Source of the DNA: an uncultured Actinomycetes bacterium
GTDB lineage: Bacteria; Actinomycetota; Thermoleophilia; RBG-16-64-13
Reading direction: 5' to 3'
NCBI GenBank assembly: GCA_963816155.1
Contig: CAWFJE010000010.1
Span: 18,221 to 82,220 of the forward strand
DNA length: 64,000 nucleotides
Shown here piece after piece: positions 62,697 through 64,000 of this stretch. The notes beneath the pieces were generated by a model. The model made no database searches and was not told the DNA's origin. It worked only from the letters and a program-made list of their open reading frames with translations. The translations under genes and the position numbers were made by a program. The number at the start of each line of letters is the position of its first letter. Within the stretch, counting starts at the first letter, position 1.

Positions 62697-64000
62697 ATGT
62701 CGAGCGGCAAACAGACCCTGGTCGAGCTGCTCCGCCAGGAAGGCGTCGAGTACGTGTTCGGGATCCCAGGGGCGACCGAGATCCAGTTCATGGACGCGCT
62801 CGAGGAGGCCTCCGATATCCGCTACATACTCGGCCTACACGAAGTCGTGTGCGCGGGCATGGCCGAGGGCTATGCGCGGGCCAGCGGCCGCCCAGGATTC
62901 CTGAACCTGCACACTGCTCCGGGCCTGGCGGCCGCGACGCCTCTTCTGTACAACGCTCAGTTGGGTCATGTGCCACTGGTGGTCACCGTGGGCCAGAACG
63001 ACACCCGCCTGCTGCAGCGCGATCCCCACCTCACGGGCGACATCGTGGGTATGGGCAAGATCCACGCCAAGTGGAGCACCGAACTGGTGCATGCCCAAGA
63101 CCTTCCCGTCGTCATCCGGCGAGCCTTCAAGATGGCTGTACAGCCGCCGGCCGGACCGGTGGTCGTGTCCATCCCCCAGAACGTGCTGGAGCAGGAACTC
63201 GCACCGATGACCCGGCTCCCAGACGCAGGCCTCTGGGACCCCATCTCTCGGCCCCGAGCCGACAGGGCAGCGGTGGCTCGCGCCGCCGGACTGCTTGCCA
63301 CCGCCCGTAGCCCGCTCATACTGGTGGAGAGCGGAGTGGCGCGTAGCGAGGCAGTGGAACAGGTCGTTCGCCTGGCGGAACTCACCGGCGCGCGCGTCTA
63401 TCAAAGCTGGATGTCCGATGTCAATTTCCCCGTCTCCCACCCGCAGTATCTGGGAGATATCGATCCGACCAGCCCCCAGGCCGCCTCAGTGTTGGCGCGA
63501 GCCGATGTGCTCGTCGGGGTGGGATGCTCTCTGTTCTCGCATGGCTTCATGCCCGGCGACGCCGAACTCCCTGAGGAGTTGAAACTCATCCACGTCGACG
63601 ACGACCCTTGGGAGATCGGCAAGAACCTTCCCACGGAGTGCGGGTTGTTGGGCGACATCAAAGCGACGCTCACTGAACTGAATCTCGCCCTCCAGGCTGC
63701 GCTCTCGGAGAAGGCCCGCGCGTCGATCACGCAGCGTACCCACGAGATCGCGCGGGAGAAAGCCGCGGCCACTGCGCGCTGGGAGTCGGTGCTGGCCGCC
63801 GCCTCCGACTCTTCGCCGGTCCCCATCCCCAAGCTGATGGCAGAACTGCGCAAGGCAGTGGGGACGCAGACCGTGATCGTGGACGAAGCCTGGTCGGCCT
63901 CAGCCGCCCTGCGACAGACCCTCCCCCTGGACGCTCCCGGGACCTTCTTCAGAGCCCGCAAGGGCGGCAGCATCGGGTCGGGGCTCCCCATGGCCCTGGG
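62697..64000 (+). CDS. Thiamine diphosphate-dependent enzyme (benzoylformate decarboxylase / acetolactate synthase superfamily); the 3' end runs off the window
   Basis: Manual translation: MSSGKQTLVELLRQEGVEYVFGIPGATEIQFMDAL... (ThDP enzyme N-terminal PYR domain), a central domain, and the start of the PP domain. Absent from the ORF track because it is open-ended. Confidence 0.75.
   Translation, partial: MSSGKQTLVELLRQEGVEYVFGIPGATEIQFMDALEEASDIRYILGLHEVVCAGMAEGYARASGRPGFLNLHTAPGLAAATPLLYNAQLGHVPLVVTVGQNDTRLLQRDPHLTGDIVGMGKIHAKWSTELVHAQDLPVVIRRAFKMAVQPPAGPVVVSIPQNVLEQELAPMTRLPDAGLWDPISRPRADRAAVARAAGLLATARSPLILVESGVARSEAVEQVVRLAELTGARVYQSWMSDVNFPVSHPQYLGDIDPTSPQAASVLARADVLVGVGCSLFSHGFMPGDAELPEELKLIHVDDDPWEIGKNLPTECGLLGDIKATLTELNLALQAALSEKARASITQRTHEIAREKAAATARWESVLAAASDSSPVPIPKLMAELRKAVGTQTVIVDEAWSASAALRQTLPLDAPGTFFRARKGGSIGSGLPMAL

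Overview
A 64 kb, high-GC, gene-dense housekeeping segment of a Gram-positive (Terrabacteria) chromosome. About 90% of the genes lie on the minus strand in long co-directional runs, and there are almost no accessory genes. Runs from window start to end: dapB (partial), M16 peptidase, pnp, rpsO, ribF, truB, nrnA, rbfA, DUF503, infB, ylxR, nusA, rimP / proS, ispG, rseP, dxr, cdsA, uppS, frr, pyrH, tsf, rpsB / FliA-WhiG sigma, xerC, dprA, comM, yraN, (+) MutY-like glycosylase, rnhB, lepB, rplS, lepB, trmD, rimM, KH, rpsP, ffh, ftsY, smc, rnc, acpP, plsX / (+) rpoD, (+) ABC substrate-binding lipoprotein / coaBC, rpoZ, gmk, mihF, pyrD, pyrK, carB / M48 peptidase, arcC, a membrane protein, (+) MFS transporter, aminotransferase, pckG, fba, (+) NTF2-like protein, (+) ThDP enzyme (partial). 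The gene order closely tracks the conserved actinobacterial core (pnp-pepR-dapB; mihF-gmk-rpoZ-coaBC; rnhB-lepB-rplS-trmD-rimM-rpsP-ffh-ftsY-smc-rnc) but in compacted form. Some Firmicutes-like traits are mixed in: a short SigA, class 1B DHODH pyrK/pyrD, and a sigD-like sigma next to rpsB. No CRISPR array, mobile element, defence island, tRNA or rRNA was found, so the hunt yielded no candidate novel system. The things worth a second look are:
- pnp and coaBC each carry a single-base frameshift at a homopolymer, and gmk has no canonical start codon. All three may be consensus errors rather than real lesions.
- carB has no carA next to it and sits behind a long structured leader with a PyrR-box-like motif over its ribosome-binding site.
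- An orphan carbamate kinase is co-operonic with an M48 protease.
- The MutY-like glycosylase lacks both the iron-sulfur loop and the NUDIX domain, and a 27 bp tandem repeat lies just upstream of it.
- NusA carries a Cys/His tail.
- Two lepB copies flank rplS.
- The -10 TATAAT of the mihF promoter ends 6 nt upstream of the annotated GTG start, so the transcript is likely leaderless.
- A shared TGTGGTAA(A/C)CT motif sits upstream of rpsB and rpsO.
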